From an uncultured Verrucomicrobiae bacterium (GTDB taxonomy: Bacteria; Verrucomicrobiota; Verrucomicrobiia; Chthoniobacterales; JAATET01), in contig CAVRCI010000005.1 in assembly GCA_963719495.1 (NCBI GenBank), positions 64,001 through 128,000 on the forward strand: a stretch of DNA of 64,000 nucleotides, read 5' to 3'. Positions 11,401 through 19,952 of this stretch are shown here, one piece after another. The notes beneath the pieces were generated by a model. It was given only the letters and a program-made list of their open reading frames with translations. It was not told the origin of the DNA and searched no databases. The translations under genes and the position numbers were made by a program. Within the stretch, counting starts at the first letter, position 1. Each line of letters opens with the position of its first letter.

Positions 11401-12034
11401 CGATTTCGGCGGCGGCTCCGACCTCTACCGCGAGCTCACCCTCCAACTCGACCCCGAGCAACCCGTCTACGCCGTCACCGCCCGAGCCACCATCGAACCC
11501 GACGCCGCCCACAAAGACGTCCTCGAAATGGCCATCGCCTACGCCGAAGCCATCCGCGGCTTCGACGCCGAAGGCCCCCACTCTCTCGTCGGCTTCGGCT
11601 TCGGCGGCATCCTCGCCATCGAAACCGCCCGCCTCCTCCTCGAATCCGGTCGCGAGGTCGCCCTCATCGTCACCCTCGCCACCGAGCCACCCAAACCCGT
11701 TGGAGGACTCGCCACCACCTTCGCCAAGCTCCTCGGCCGCAAAAAAGACCCCGCCCCCCGCCCCGGCGACTCCCGCATCGCCACCGCCAACCGCCTGGCC
11801 GCCGCCCACCACCGCGTCGAACCCCTCGACGTCAAAATCCACGCCTTCCTGCCCGAACTCGATTTTCCCACGCTCGCCGACGTCCAGAAAGGCTGGGACG
11901 CCATCTCCGACGAAGTCCAAATCTACCAAGTCCCCTGCGCCCCCGCCGACCTCCTCGAAGAACCAGCCGTCACCGCAATAGCCGACGCCCTCACCAAACT
12001 AGCCGCCAACGAAGACCTAACGGACGAAGAGTAA
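8405..12034 (+). CDS. NRPS-like multidomain protein (condensation-adenylation-carrier-thioesterase order) with degenerate catalytic motifs
   Basis: YPLSP, HPILRT, LWSYDDLLIDE (C-like); CLHDLF, TFQTLDQQSNQVA, GIWKAGA, LPLDSGGQLD (A-like); PLVCFHDFGG, GPHSLVGFGFGG (TE-like). Confidence 0.8.
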   Translation: MREYPLSPLHHQQLAASGQPAGSAFHTRQLSFSFGERIDRDRLVAAWGDLTTAHPILRTRLDPAGPRWVESDDDITDWQALDWQTDAPTDLGAAWQELVTTDAAHPVTTGHRLTTIQLPSGDLHLLWSYDDLLIDESALEVLLVEWLLRYEGDTSDTAPDDPAPAFAALTEHDSEEKTWRSHFQNVPAIRPLILLPLPPESAPTARRTTVTHTFEREHGQTLTAAAKTMTVEPVDLVKAAWISLLGPALSSHEIILLESIRLPLTAIARAEARVPRRHRLAPDAKVSALAQAVAQTRAESTGIGTWTAEQIANVVSGGAASTRPAAAFRYRRGTLNDTLHARLPRWLGADAQFLSHDPAPFTLIYTASDRAEVALDFDPGLFSEAAARRFLERWVSLIGQLIADPDRPLADLSILLPDEPTLVAGPEAAPPFRSLVPQCLHDLFAETASDLGDAVALETDGGLVTFQTLDQQSNQVARALRKLDVSPKSTVAIEPGPSHLWPAVMLGIWKAGATIELSGGSEAAPKKQSKGKKSTISIGESQPNSPDGHALAKFWDQVSAEKPRPIPSELSATDPAIRTADGRKLTHEEAGRLSQASAAALLVAPGDRTLQSGAPSDLDPIVELFGVLLSGATAVLAAPGGWSTRTAFQEFADQHNVTLLSIPTPFWSQWTHYLAELSLPAPASVRRTVIHGGRVAPAALAAWHAAAPTATLLHSGIGFHGPSSEIDPGDAFEPASHPPAGSVARITWQGKPLPPGFAGQLEVGASEDTLLDSGREAFLDDTGTFYPRNELEATLRPGTPTSRLETIERAILAHAEIFDCVLAPGEADVWNVWIVPADSQRGEPMDFRDHLGKHVPDLEFAVACIPRLPLDSGGQLDSSALPKPTREAAPTRAADPEEPQKPRGEDEKLRSILSRALGGRAIQNDTSISDGSTKPHVAKHLHETCERTGYPIARLADFQRTFTVKSLLREWRARKTAGKWEPLTALRAAGSLPPLVCFHDFGGGSDLYRELTLQLDPEQPVYAVTARATIEPDAAHKDVLEMAIAYAEAIRGFDAEGPHSLVGFGFGGILAIETARLLLESGREVALIVTLATEPPKPVGGLATTFAKLLGRKKDPAPRPGDSRIATANRLAAAHHRVEPLDVKIHAFLPELDFPTLADVQKGWDAISDEVQIYQVPCAPADLLEEPAVTAIADALTKLAANEDLTDEE

Positions 12035-12060
12035 CGCAAGCATCCTGCTTGCCCCCCACC

Positions 12061-12090
12061 TGTCATGCTGAGCGAAGCGAAGCATCTCTG
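12061..12090. repeat. REP-like hairpin family A (TGTCATGCTGAGCGAAGCGAAGCATCTCTG); other copies 18256-18285, 28822-28851, 50835-50864, 57135-57164
   Basis: Five near-identical intergenic 30-mers, each downstream of a + strand gene. Confidence 0.9.
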
Positions 12091-12106
12091 GCCTACACTC
12101 CTCACC

Positions 12107-12946
12107 TCACCTCATCCCACGAACCAACCACCCCAAACTCCCCAGCACCACCCCCCGCAACCGCCGCCGCGAGATCTTCACCACCCCCGCCGAGTCCACC
12201 CGCAACTCCGGTGCCATCGCCAACCCAATCCGAGCCGGCAGCACGCAAGCCAGTCGCATCCGCCGACGGTCCACGCGCCGGGCCCACTCCAGCCCGGCCT
12301 CCAGCCCCATCCGAGCCTCGTCCTTCACCCGATCGAAATCCGCGTCCACCACGTAAACCCGCCCGATCTCCCGATCCGCCGCCCGGTCCCGCAGAATATT
12401 CACCCGCTGCAACCCTTTCCCGTAATCCACCCCCAGCCGCACCATCTCCCCCCGATCCGCTTGGGAAAACCCCGGCACCCGATCAAAACTCAACTCCGTC
12501 CAAAACTCCCCCACGCACCCCGCGACGAGATAAGTGTATCCGTCCAACTCCTCCGCCCCAAGGTCACCGCCGCTACCCCCAAACCGCTCCAAATCAAAAA
12601 TCTGACCCCGCAAAATCCGAGCCCACACCCACTCCAGCCGCCCCCGGTCCGGCGAGTCCCGCAACCGCTCGATCAACCCCGGCAGCGCTGTCACCAACTC
12701 GGCCTCCGCCGCCACCTCCTGCCGACCCGCCATCGCCGCCACCACCCCGGCCCCAATCCCAAATCCCTCCAACTCCCGCAAAGCCCCAACCCGCCGACCC
12801 ACCTCCGCCCCGGAAGAGTCCGCGATACTGTCGGAAGCCCGCGCCAGCAAATACCCCAGCGCCACCGTCTCCCGAATCTCCCCAGGCAACCACCGAATCG
12901 TCATCGCAAACGACCGAGCCACCCGCCCCAAAAGCGCCCAATCCAT
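12107..12946 (-). CDS. Squalene/phytoene synthase family protein
   Basis: VARSFAMTIRWLP, YLLARASDSIAD, YTYLVAGCVGEFWT, GKGLQRVNILRD. Confidence 0.88.
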   Translation of the reverse strand: MDWALLGRVARSFAMTIRWLPGEIRETVALGYLLARASDSIADSSGAEVGRRVGALRELEGFGIGAGVVAAMAGRQEVAAEAELVTALPGLIERLRDSPDRGRLEWVWARILRGQIFDLERFGGSGGDLGAEELDGYTYLVAGCVGEFWTELSFDRVPGFSQADRGEMVRLGVDYGKGLQRVNILRDRAADREIGRVYVVDADFDRVKDEARMGLEAGLEWARRVDRRRMRLACVLPARIGLAMAPELRVDSAGVVKISRRRLRGVVLGSLGWLVRGMR

Positions 12947-12965
12947 CAAGCGAACCCCTCACCCC

Positions 12966-12998
12966 AATCCGCAATCCGCAATCCGCAATCCGCAATCC
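12966..12998. repeat. Heptamer tandem repeat (AATCCGC)x4+
   Basis: aatccgcaatccgcaatccgcaatccgcaatcc between two minus-strand genes. Confidence 0.95.
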
Positions 12999-14048
12999 TC
13001 ACAGTCCCACCCGCACTTGCTCGATCTCATCGGCATAAAACCGACCCAGCCCCATCGCCGCCGCGCTCTCAACGTGCCCCGCCCGCAGCCCGATCGACGG
13101 CAGTTTATTGCTCGTCTTGTATTCCTCCAGCAACCGAATCGCCACCGCGTCCAGCGCCACCGGATCCGCGCTCGCGAACAGCGTATAATAGGGCCGCACA
13201 AAATTCGGATTCGGCAAAGGCCCACCCGCAAACTGCAAAGTCAGCCCGTCCATCAAGGTAAACACCACCTTCCCGCGAATCATCGGATCCGAGTAAATCT
13301 CCGCCAGATACGGGTCTCCAAACGTCGGCGGTTTGATGAAACGCCGCCAATTGTCGACGTTCCAAAGCGTCATGTTCGCGATCGCCCCGTTGATCCCCGT
13401 CATGAAGCTGTCGCACAGCGAAGGCACGTTGATCACCTTCGTCACCTCCTGGCTAAGGACTTTCGCAAAGTAACTCGTGCTACTCAGCTGATCCCCGTTC
13501 GAGAGCACGTCCTCGAGCCGAGTCCCCTCCCGCACCCCGAACTTGCTGTCCCCCCAGATCAGCCGCCCCAGCACCGGAGCCGTCAGCAACGCCTTCGGAT
13601 CATACCCCGACGTCGGGTCCGTCCAGCGCAACTGGTAGTCCGGCGAATCCTTCGAAAACCCCGCCTTGATGAGATCCTCCTCGTTCCGATCCCAGACGAG
13701 AATCTTCGAAGCCGGCACCCCCGCCGACTGCAACCCCCGCGAAATCGCCCGCACCACCGCCACGTGCGTCCCGCTCACGTCCCCCGGAGCCGCCGCCACC
13801 TTGATCCCCACCACGTCCTCCGGCCCCGCCAGCGACCGCCAGGCCTCCGCCGCCGAACGTTTCCGAGTCACCGCCGCCACCAGCGAATCCACCATCCGCC
13901 CCACCACCGCCTCGTCCGCCCGAAACCCCGTCACCAACGACTTCGGGTCCATCGCGAAATAAACCGTCGATCGCTCGGCCACCGCTTGCGCAAATGTCCC
14001 GCCCGCGCCCGCGAGCAGACACACCATCGCCATTCCGATCCCCCTCAC
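12999..14048 (-). CDS. DUF362 domain-containing exported protein
   Basis: DVVGIKV, KVINVPSL, FASADPVALDAVA; GTG start overlaps the upstream stop (GTGA); signal-peptide-like N-terminus. Confidence 0.75.
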   Translation of the reverse strand: MRGIGMAMVCLLAGAGGTFAQAVAERSTVYFAMDPKSLVTGFRADEAVVGRMVDSLVAAVTRKRSAAEAWRSLAGPEDVVGIKVAAAPGDVSGTHVAVVRAISRGLQSAGVPASKILVWDRNEEDLIKAGFSKDSPDYQLRWTDPTSGYDPKALLTAPVLGRLIWGDSKFGVREGTRLEDVLSNGDQLSSTSYFAKVLSQEVTKVINVPSLCDSFMTGINGAIANMTLWNVDNWRRFIKPPTFGDPYLAEIYSDPMIRGKVVFTLMDGLTLQFAGGPLPNPNFVRPYYTLFASADPVALDAVAIRLLEEYKTSNKLPSIGLRAGHVESAAAMGLGRFYADEIEQVRVGL

Positions 14049-14854
14049 GGCCGCACCCCCCGCGGATCTTCGACGACCACCCGCACCGGTGCCGCCACCA
14101 CCACCGGACGCGGATCCCATCGCTCGATCGCCGCCCGCAACGGCACCGCAACGACCAAAGCCCAGCCAAAACTCAGGAACGTGCCGATGATGATGTATTC
14201 CGCCATCTTGCGCTGACTCGATTCTTTGATCTCGCCGAATCGCAGGATCGATTTCGCCGCCAGCAGAAACCCGATCCCGGTCGGCTGACCGATCAAATAA
14301 AACAGCACCGCGAGCAACCGCTCCAGCCACCCGATCATCCGCCCCCCGCCCGCCAGGCCGTCGACCGCGGACGCCCCCCGAGCCGCCTCCGCCTCCGCCA
14401 CCTCCCGGCGCAGCGGCTCGGTCAATTTCCCGATCAAAATCCCGCCGACCGGCCCGGTCAGAATCACGCCGCAACCGACCGCCACCCCCACCCGGCACCA
14501 CCCCAACACCTCCGGATCCAACCACGCCTCCCAGCAACCCCCATCCGCCGCTAGCGGGAACAACGCAGCCAGCAACCCGATCACCGCCACGTGCCCGATC
14601 TGATCGCCGACGAACGCCCTCGGCCCGTCTCCACCCAACCGCGTCTTCACAAAGTCCAGAGCGGCGTGGCTGCCAAAGATGGCTCCGAGAATGATCCAAG
14701 GAAACGACCCCAGGAAGACTGCCGAAAGCCCGGTCACGATCAAAACGTGCAGCCCGAACACGCCGTAGCGAGCCTTCCGAGCCACCATCCAATCCGGTTG
14801 CAGGACGAAATCCGCCAACAGGTGCGCCGCCAGCAATGGAAGGAATGTGTTCAT
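14045..14854 (-). CDS. DUF3307 (SatE-like) membrane protein
   Basis: AHLLADFVLQP..MV..K, SHAALD, DQIGH, GRMIGWLER, AAKSILRF, EYIIIGTFLSF. Confidence 0.88.
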   Translation of the reverse strand: MNTFLPLLAAHLLADFVLQPDWMVARKARYGVFGLHVLIVTGLSAVFLGSFPWIILGAIFGSHAALDFVKTRLGGDGPRAFVGDQIGHVAVIGLLAALFPLAADGGCWEAWLDPEVLGWCRVGVAVGCGVILTGPVGGILIGKLTEPLRREVAEAEAARGASAVDGLAGGGRMIGWLERLLAVLFYLIGQPTGIGFLLAAKSILRFGEIKESSQRKMAEYIIIGTFLSFGWALVVAVPLRAAIERWDPRPVVVAAPVRVVVEDPRGVRP

Positions 14855-14884
14855 GTCACCGTTTCGAGGACGTCGATTTGCCCA

Positions 14885-15586
14885 TCATCCCCTGACAGCC
14901 GTTTTCGGCTGTCTTACCCCAGACAGCCGTTTTCGGCTGTCTTGCCCCCACAGACTTTCGAACCGCTCCACGGCCACTTCGATCGCGTGCCAGCCCGCCG
15001 CGTTCAGCGCCTTGGTGACGGTTTGTTTGGTGACGGCAGGCCGCTGCGCTTTCGCGATTTCCTCGTGAGTCGGCGCGCTGGGATGCAAAGCCCGCGCCAC
15101 GAATTCCGCCTGCCGCCAGGACCACCGCGTGATCAGCTCGTCGCACAGCACACCCACCACCGGCAACCAATCGCCGCCCGGTCGCGCGGCCTCGATCGTC
15201 ATCCGCTCGCGCGAGTCCATCCCGTCGAGCGCCCGACCCGACACCTCGAAAGCCTCGCCGCTGGAAAGCGACGTCCGCGTCCGGGAAATCTTCCGAACCG
15301 TCCCCAACCCGATGGCCACGCGCGAATCCGCCCGCATCCTCGCCCGCAAAGTCGCTCGCAGAAAGATCGCCACGCGCAAGGCCATGCCCGGATCCTCCAG
15401 CACGAGCTGCCAGGCGTCGCCGCGAAAAAACTCCGGCTTCGATCTCACCAGCCCCCGCCGCCAGGCGCGCACCTCCCGCGTCGCTTCCAACCAACAGTCC
15501 CGCAGTGCCTCCAACCCATTTTCTCCGAGCGCGGTGGATTTCACGACGTCGCCGGAAAGAACGGCGTAGGTTGACGAGTTGCGCAT
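14885..15586 (-). CDS. SatD-family protein with C-terminal HTH
   Basis: YAVLSGDVVKST, FRGDAWQ, RVAIGLG, GEAFEVSGRALD; HTH-like THEEIAK...TKQTVTKAL; adjacent to DUF3307. Confidence 0.8.
   Translation of the reverse strand: MRNSSTYAVLSGDVVKSTALGENGLEALRDCWLEATREVRAWRRGLVRSKPEFFRGDAWQLVLEDPGMALRVAIFLRATLRARMRADSRVAIGLGTVRKISRTRTSLSSGEAFEVSGRALDGMDSRERMTIEAARPGGDWLPVVGVLCDELITRWSWRQAEFVARALHPSAPTHEEIAKAQRPAVTKQTVTKALNAAGWHAIEVAVERFESLWGQDSRKRLSGVRQPKTAVRG
14894..14943. repeat. Two tandem copies of palindrome GACAGCCG-TTTT-CGGCTGTC (28-bp period), candidate operator
   Basis: Copies at 14894-14913 and 14922-14941, in the satD 3' end and just upstream of the DUF3307 start. Confidence 0.85.
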
Positions 15587-15693
15587 CGAAAGACCCCGCT
15601 CCGGGGTGATCACTTCAAACCCAATCCCCCCACTTTTGCAACCGACAACGAATCAAACCGGCTCTACGTTCGACTGCACCGACCTTCCGACCC

Positions 15694-16794
15694 GTGACCA
15701 CCCCTATCTCCCACCTCTACGTTCACATCCCCTTCTGCCCGAAGGTCTGCCCGTATTGCAGCTTCTACAAGGAGGCCAGCGACCGCAACCGCACCCGCGC
15801 CTTTCTCGACGCCGTCCTCCTCGAAGCGGAAAAACACGCCGCCACCCTGCGCCCCACCACCATCTTCTTCGGCGGAGGCACCCCCAGCGCCCTCAGCACC
15901 AGCCAGCTCGACCTCCTCCTCACCGGCCTCCACGACCGCCTCGACCTCACCGCCGTCACCGAGTGGACGCTCGAAATGAACCCCGCCACCGTCAGCCTCG
16001 AAAAGGCCCGCGCCCTCCGCGACCTCGGCGTGAACCGCATCAGCATGGGCGTCCAGTCCTGGGACGACACCCTCCTCCACACCCTCGGTCGCGTCCATTC
16101 CGCCGCCCAGGCCGAGCGCTCCTACCACCTCCTCCGCGAAGCCGGCTTCACCAACGTCAACCTCGACCTCATCTTCGGCGTCCCCGGCCAGACCCGCGAC
16201 CAGTGGGCCACCTCCCTCGACCGCACCATCGCCCTCGCCCCCGACCACATCTCCGCCTACTGCCTCACCTACGAAGAAGACACCGACTACTTCCTCCGCC
16301 TCCAGCGCGGCGAACTCATCCCCGACAACGAACTCGACGCCGACCTCTTCGAACTCACCATGGACCGCCTCGGCCCCGCCGACTACGAGCAATACGAAAT
16401 CTCGAACTACGCCCGCCCCGGCCGAGCCTGCCGCCACAACCTCGCCTACTGGCAATCCGCCGACTACCTCGGCCTCGGCCCCAGCGCCTTCTCGACCGTC
16501 GGCGACCAGCGCTGGAAAAACGTCAGCTCCACCGAAGACTACGTCCAAAAAATCAACGCCCACCTAGACCCCGCCGACTTCCGCGAACCCGCCCCGCCGA
16601 CCCTTCGAGCTGCCGAACGCCTCGCCTTCGCCCTCCGAACCTCCACCGGAATCCCCGCCGAAGACCTCGCCGCCTTCCCGACTGAACTCAACCGCCTCCA
16701 AACCGCCGGCTACTTGGAACCCATCGAGCAAAACTACCGCCTCACCCGCCAAGGCCGAATGCTAGCCGACGAAATCGCCGAAGCCTTCATTTGA
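15694..16794 (+). CDS. hemW: Radical SAM heme chaperone HemW (HemN-like)
   Basis: LYVHIPFCPKVCPYCSF, FFGGGTPS, NRISMGVQS, YEISNYA, HNLAYW. Confidence 0.93.
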   Translation: MTTPISHLYVHIPFCPKVCPYCSFYKEASDRNRTRAFLDAVLLEAEKHAATLRPTTIFFGGGTPSALSTSQLDLLLTGLHDRLDLTAVTEWTLEMNPATVSLEKARALRDLGVNRISMGVQSWDDTLLHTLGRVHSAAQAERSYHLLREAGFTNVNLDLIFGVPGQTRDQWATSLDRTIALAPDHISAYCLTYEEDTDYFLRLQRGELIPDNELDADLFELTMDRLGPADYEQYEISNYARPGRACRHNLAYWQSADYLGLGPSAFSTVGDQRWKNVSSTEDYVQKINAHLDPADFREPAPPTLRAAERLAFALRTSTGIPAEDLAAFPTELNRLQTAGYLEPIEQNYRLTRQGRMLADEIAEAFI

Positions 16795-17052
16795 GCGGGG
16801 GAGCGCACGCGTCCCCGCGTGCGAGCCGCGGCGTCCCGCCGCGGCAACCCGGCAAATCGAGCAAAGCGAGAGAGCCGAAGAACTCAAGGAGCGGCGATTT
16901 TCAATCGCCGAACCAACCAAATTCCGCGAAGCGGAACAAAAATCCCCCCGGCAACCCGCGCCAGCGGGAGCCGACCGCATCCCCCTTCCGTATCCTTCGC
17001 GACCTTTGCGACCTTCTGTTCAAAACCCGTATTCGAATTCCGCAAGAGTGTT

Positions 17053-17140
17053 GACTCGCGCTCTCCCGAGCGTCTCGCCCTTCGGGCTGCATCGCAGAGC
17101 CGATGCAGTCTGCCCCGAGCCTTCCCAGCCTCCGGTGCTC
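17053..17140. repeat. About 88-bp structured repeat family C; other copies 28119-28206, 62517-62580 (partial), 62588-62675
   Basis: Shared tctcgcccttcggg...gcagagc...ctgcccc.agccttccc....tccggtgctc. Confidence 0.88.
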
Positions 17141-17162
17141 TGTTCAAACGTATAAAACCCAA

Positions 17163-18236
17163 GTGACCCACGACATCCTCATCATCGGAGCCGGCCCCGC
17201 CGGCTCCGTCGCCGCCGCGCACCTCGCCCGCGCCAACCGCCGCGTCCTCGTCATCGAGAAGTCCACCTTCCCCCGCCACAAAGTCTGCGGCGACTGCCTC
17301 AACCCCGTCGCCTGGCCCATTCTCGAGCGCCTCGATCTCGCCGACCGCATCCTCACCCTCCCCCACGCCCAGGCCGACACCGTCGAATTCCTCGGAGCCC
17401 ACGGCCAGCGAGTCACCATTCCCGCCCCCGCCCACTCGCCCGCCACCGGTGAACTCATGGTCACCCGCCGCGACCTCGACGCCCTCCTCATCGCTCGCGC
17501 AACCGAGCTCGGCGCCGAATTCCGCGACAACCTCCCCGTCACCCGCATCGAGCGCACCGGCGGCCACTGGACCCTCCACACCCCCACCGGCCCACTCACC
17601 GCCCCCATCGTCCTCGCCGCCGACGGCCGCAACTCCACCACCGCCCGCCAGACCAACCGCCTCGGCCGACCCCGCCACGACCGCGTCGCCATCCAAACCC
17701 ACGCTCCCCTCGCCGACGACCTCGGCAACACCGTCCGCATGATCTTCCACGCCGACGGCTACGGCGGCCTCGCCCGCGTCGACGCCACCACCATGAACGT
17801 CTGCCTCGTCGCCCGCACCAAGCGCCTCCCCGCCCTCCGCGCCTACGCCGAACGCACCTTCGATCTCCCCGTCGACACCGACTGGCGCTCCATCACCCCG
17901 CTCACCCGCGCCGATTCCTCACCCGTCGCCGCCGACGGCCTCTTCCTCCTCGGCGACGCCGCCCGCGTCGTCGAACCCTTCACCGGCGAAGGCATCACCT
18001 ACGCCCTGCGCTCCGGCGAACTCGCCGCCGACGCCATCGCCAATCACCCCCTCCCCGCCGCCGAGACCACCTACCGCCGCACCCACGCCGCCACGTATCG
18101 CGGCCGCCTCTGGGTCAACCGCCTCGCGCGCCAGGCCAGCCTCCACCCCCTCGCCACCTCACGTCTCCTCAGCCTCCTCAAACTCTACCCAGCCCCCCTG
18201 GCCCTCCTAACCAAAAAAGTCGTCCGCCCCACTTGA
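17163..18236 (+). CDS. FAD-dependent oxidoreductase, geranylgeranyl reductase-like
   Basis: DILIIGAGPAGS, FPRHKVCGD, AADGRNS, LGDAARVVEPFTGEGI; GTG start. Confidence 0.88.
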   Translation: MTHDILIIGAGPAGSVAAAHLARANRRVLVIEKSTFPRHKVCGDCLNPVAWPILERLDLADRILTLPHAQADTVEFLGAHGQRVTIPAPAHSPATGELMVTRRDLDALLIARATELGAEFRDNLPVTRIERTGGHWTLHTPTGPLTAPIVLAADGRNSTTARQTNRLGRPRHDRVAIQTHAPLADDLGNTVRMIFHADGYGGLARVDATTMNVCLVARTKRLPALRAYAERTFDLPVDTDWRSITPLTRADSSPVAADGLFLLGDAARVVEPFTGEGITYALRSGELAADAIANHPLPAAETTYRRTHAATYRGRLWVNRLARQASLHPLATSRLLSLLKLYPAPLALLTKKVVRPT

Positions 18237-18368
18237 GCCAACCGCCCCCCCCAACTGTCATGTTGAGCGAAGCGAAACATCTCTGACCTCTCACCCCCGC
18301 TTAGCAAGCTCATCTTCCCAGCACCCGAACCGTCCGCCAACCGCCCCAAATCCGTTCAATTAGATATC

Positions 18369-18524
18369 ATGAAACCACTCATCCTCACCCTCGCCCTCGT
18401 CGTCACTTCCCTCGTCCTCACCGGCTGCGGCTCGATGGGCAACCCCGACGGCGCACCGGCAACCACACCGAACAGCAACGACAGCAACATCGGCGACGTG
18501 AACAACAACATCCTCAACCGTTAG
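18369..18524 (+). CDS. Small 51-aa lipoprotein (not in ORF track)
   Basis: MKPLILTLALVVTSLVLTG-CGSMGNPDGAPATTPNSNDSNIGDVNNNILNR*; lipobox LTGC; host-like C-ending codons. Confidence 0.75.
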   Translation: MKPLILTLALVVTSLVLTGCGSMGNPDGAPATTPNSNDSNIGDVNNNILNR

Positions 18525-18532
18525 GTTGAAGG

Positions 18533-18620
18533 AATGGGAAATTTGAAATGCCAAATGAGAAATGGATTCGGCCTTCGGGCCGCTCGCCATTTCTCATTCA
18601 GCATTTCTAATTTCTAATTT
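18533..18620. repeat. Palindromic element with degenerate heptamer arms, between convergent genes; homologous copy inside ispG
   Basis: aatgggaaatttgaaatgccaaatgagaaatgg...ccatttctcattcagcatttctaatttctaattt. Confidence 0.85.
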
Positions 18621-19952
18621 TCAAACAGCCGCCATCCGGTCCAACCCCCGCCGGACCGCCGCAAACAACTCGTCGATCTCCGCCACCGAGATCACCAGCG
18701 GCGGCGACAGCGCGATCAGATCGCGGATTCCCCGCACGATCGCCCCTTCCTCCCGAACCAAACCCGAAGCGTGCGCGCCCAGCGAGGCCAACGGCTCGCC
18801 ACCCGCCCGCCGGATCTCCGCCGCGCCGATCAACCCGAACCCGCGCACCTCGCCAACCAACGGGTGATCCGCCAACTCGCCCAACCGAGCTTGAAAGTGC
18901 GGCCCTAGTTCGTCCCGCACCGCCGGGATCAACCCCTCGGAGTCGATGAACCCCAGATTCGCCAACGCCGCCGCGCAGCAGCTCGGATGACCGCTGTAAG
19001 TAAACCCGTGTGAAAAATACCCGCCCGAGTTGATCGCCTCCACGATCTCGTCACTCGGCATCGTCGCCCCCAGCGGCAGGTAACCACTCGTCAGCCCCTT
19101 CGCCAGCGTCATCAGATCCGGATCCAATTCCCAAAGCTCGCTCGCAAACCAAGCCCCGACCCGCCCGAACGCCGTGATCACCTCATCCGCCACGAACAAA
19201 ATGTCGTTCTCCCGGCAAAGCTCCCGCAACCCCCGCAAATACCCAGCCGGCGGCACGATCACGCCACCCGCCCCCTGAATCGGCTCCACGAACATCGCCG
19301 CGATCGTCCCCGCCCCCTCCCGCTCGATGATTGCCGCCGTCTCCGCCAGACACTTCTCCCCGAACGCCTCCTCCGAAAGTTCCGACTTCGCCGCGTAACG
19401 GTAAGGCGCCGGCACGTGCACGAAATCCGCCAGCGGCAACCCAAATGGATGATTGCAAACCGGCAGCCCCGTCAGGCTCGACGTCGCCAGCGTCACCCCG
19501 TGATACGCGTATTCCCGCGAGAGCACCTTCCGCTTTTCAGGTCGACCGAGGATCTCATTATACAAACGGATCATTTTGAGCGCCGTCTCGTTCGCTTCCG
19601 ACCCGGAATTCGAAAAGACCGCCTTGTTCAAGCGCCCCGGCGCCCGCGTCCCCAGCCACTCCGCCAGCAAAATCGCCGGCTCCGTCGTCGAATTGAAAAA
19701 CGACGGGTAATAGGGGAGCGACCGCATCTGCCGGTTCACCGCGTCGATGATCGGCGCGCAGTTGTAACCCACGTTCACGCACCAGAGCCCCGCCAACCCA
19801 TCGAGCAACCGCTTCCCGTCCGCGTCCGTCAACCAGCACCCCTCGCCCGACTCGATCACGTGCGTCCCCGCCGGATGCATCGCCGTATGATCCGTGAAGG
19901 GATGAATGTGAAAACTCCGATCCTTCTCCCGCAGCTCAGCCAAGGTGTTCAT
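18621..19952 (-). CDS. Class III PLP aminotransferase (omega-amino acid/polyamine transaminase-like)
   Basis: LDGLAGLWCVNVGY, SGSEANE, YHGVT, EPIQGAGG, DEVITAFGR, LAKGLTSGY, HGFTYSGHP. Confidence 0.92.
   Translation of the reverse strand: MNTLAELREKDRSFHIHPFTDHTAMHPAGTHVIESGEGCWLTDADGKRLLDGLAGLWCVNVGYNCAPIIDAVNRQMRSLPYYPSFFNSTTEPAILLAEWLGTRAPGRLNKAVFSNSGSEANETALKMIRLYNEILGRPEKRKVLSREYAYHGVTLATSSLTGLPVCNHPFGLPLADFVHVPAPYRYAAKSELSEEAFGEKCLAETAAIIEREGAGTIAAMFVEPIQGAGGVIVPPAGYLRGLRELCRENDILFVADEVITAFGRVGAWFASELWELDPDLMTLAKGLTSGYLPLGATMPSDEIVEAINSGGYFSHGFTYSGHPSCCAAALANLGFIDSEGLIPAVRDELGPHFQARLGELADHPLVGEVRGFGLIGAAEIRRAGGEPLASLGAHASGLVREEGAIVRGIRDLIALSPPLVISVAEIDELFAAVRRGLDRMAAV

Noticed and set aside
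6407..13261. Many long overlapping ORFs (e.g. 6407-8134, 9597-11981, 10411-13038, 12065-13261)
   Set aside because: Stop-poor alternative frames typical of high-GC, C-skewed DNA; low-complexity translations
8405..18236. NRPS + squalene synthase + radical SAM + FAD oxidoreductase as a biosynthetic gene cluster
   Set aside because: Mixed orientations, the radical SAM gene is housekeeping HemW, the NRPS lacks catalytic motifs, and there is no transporter or PPTase nearby
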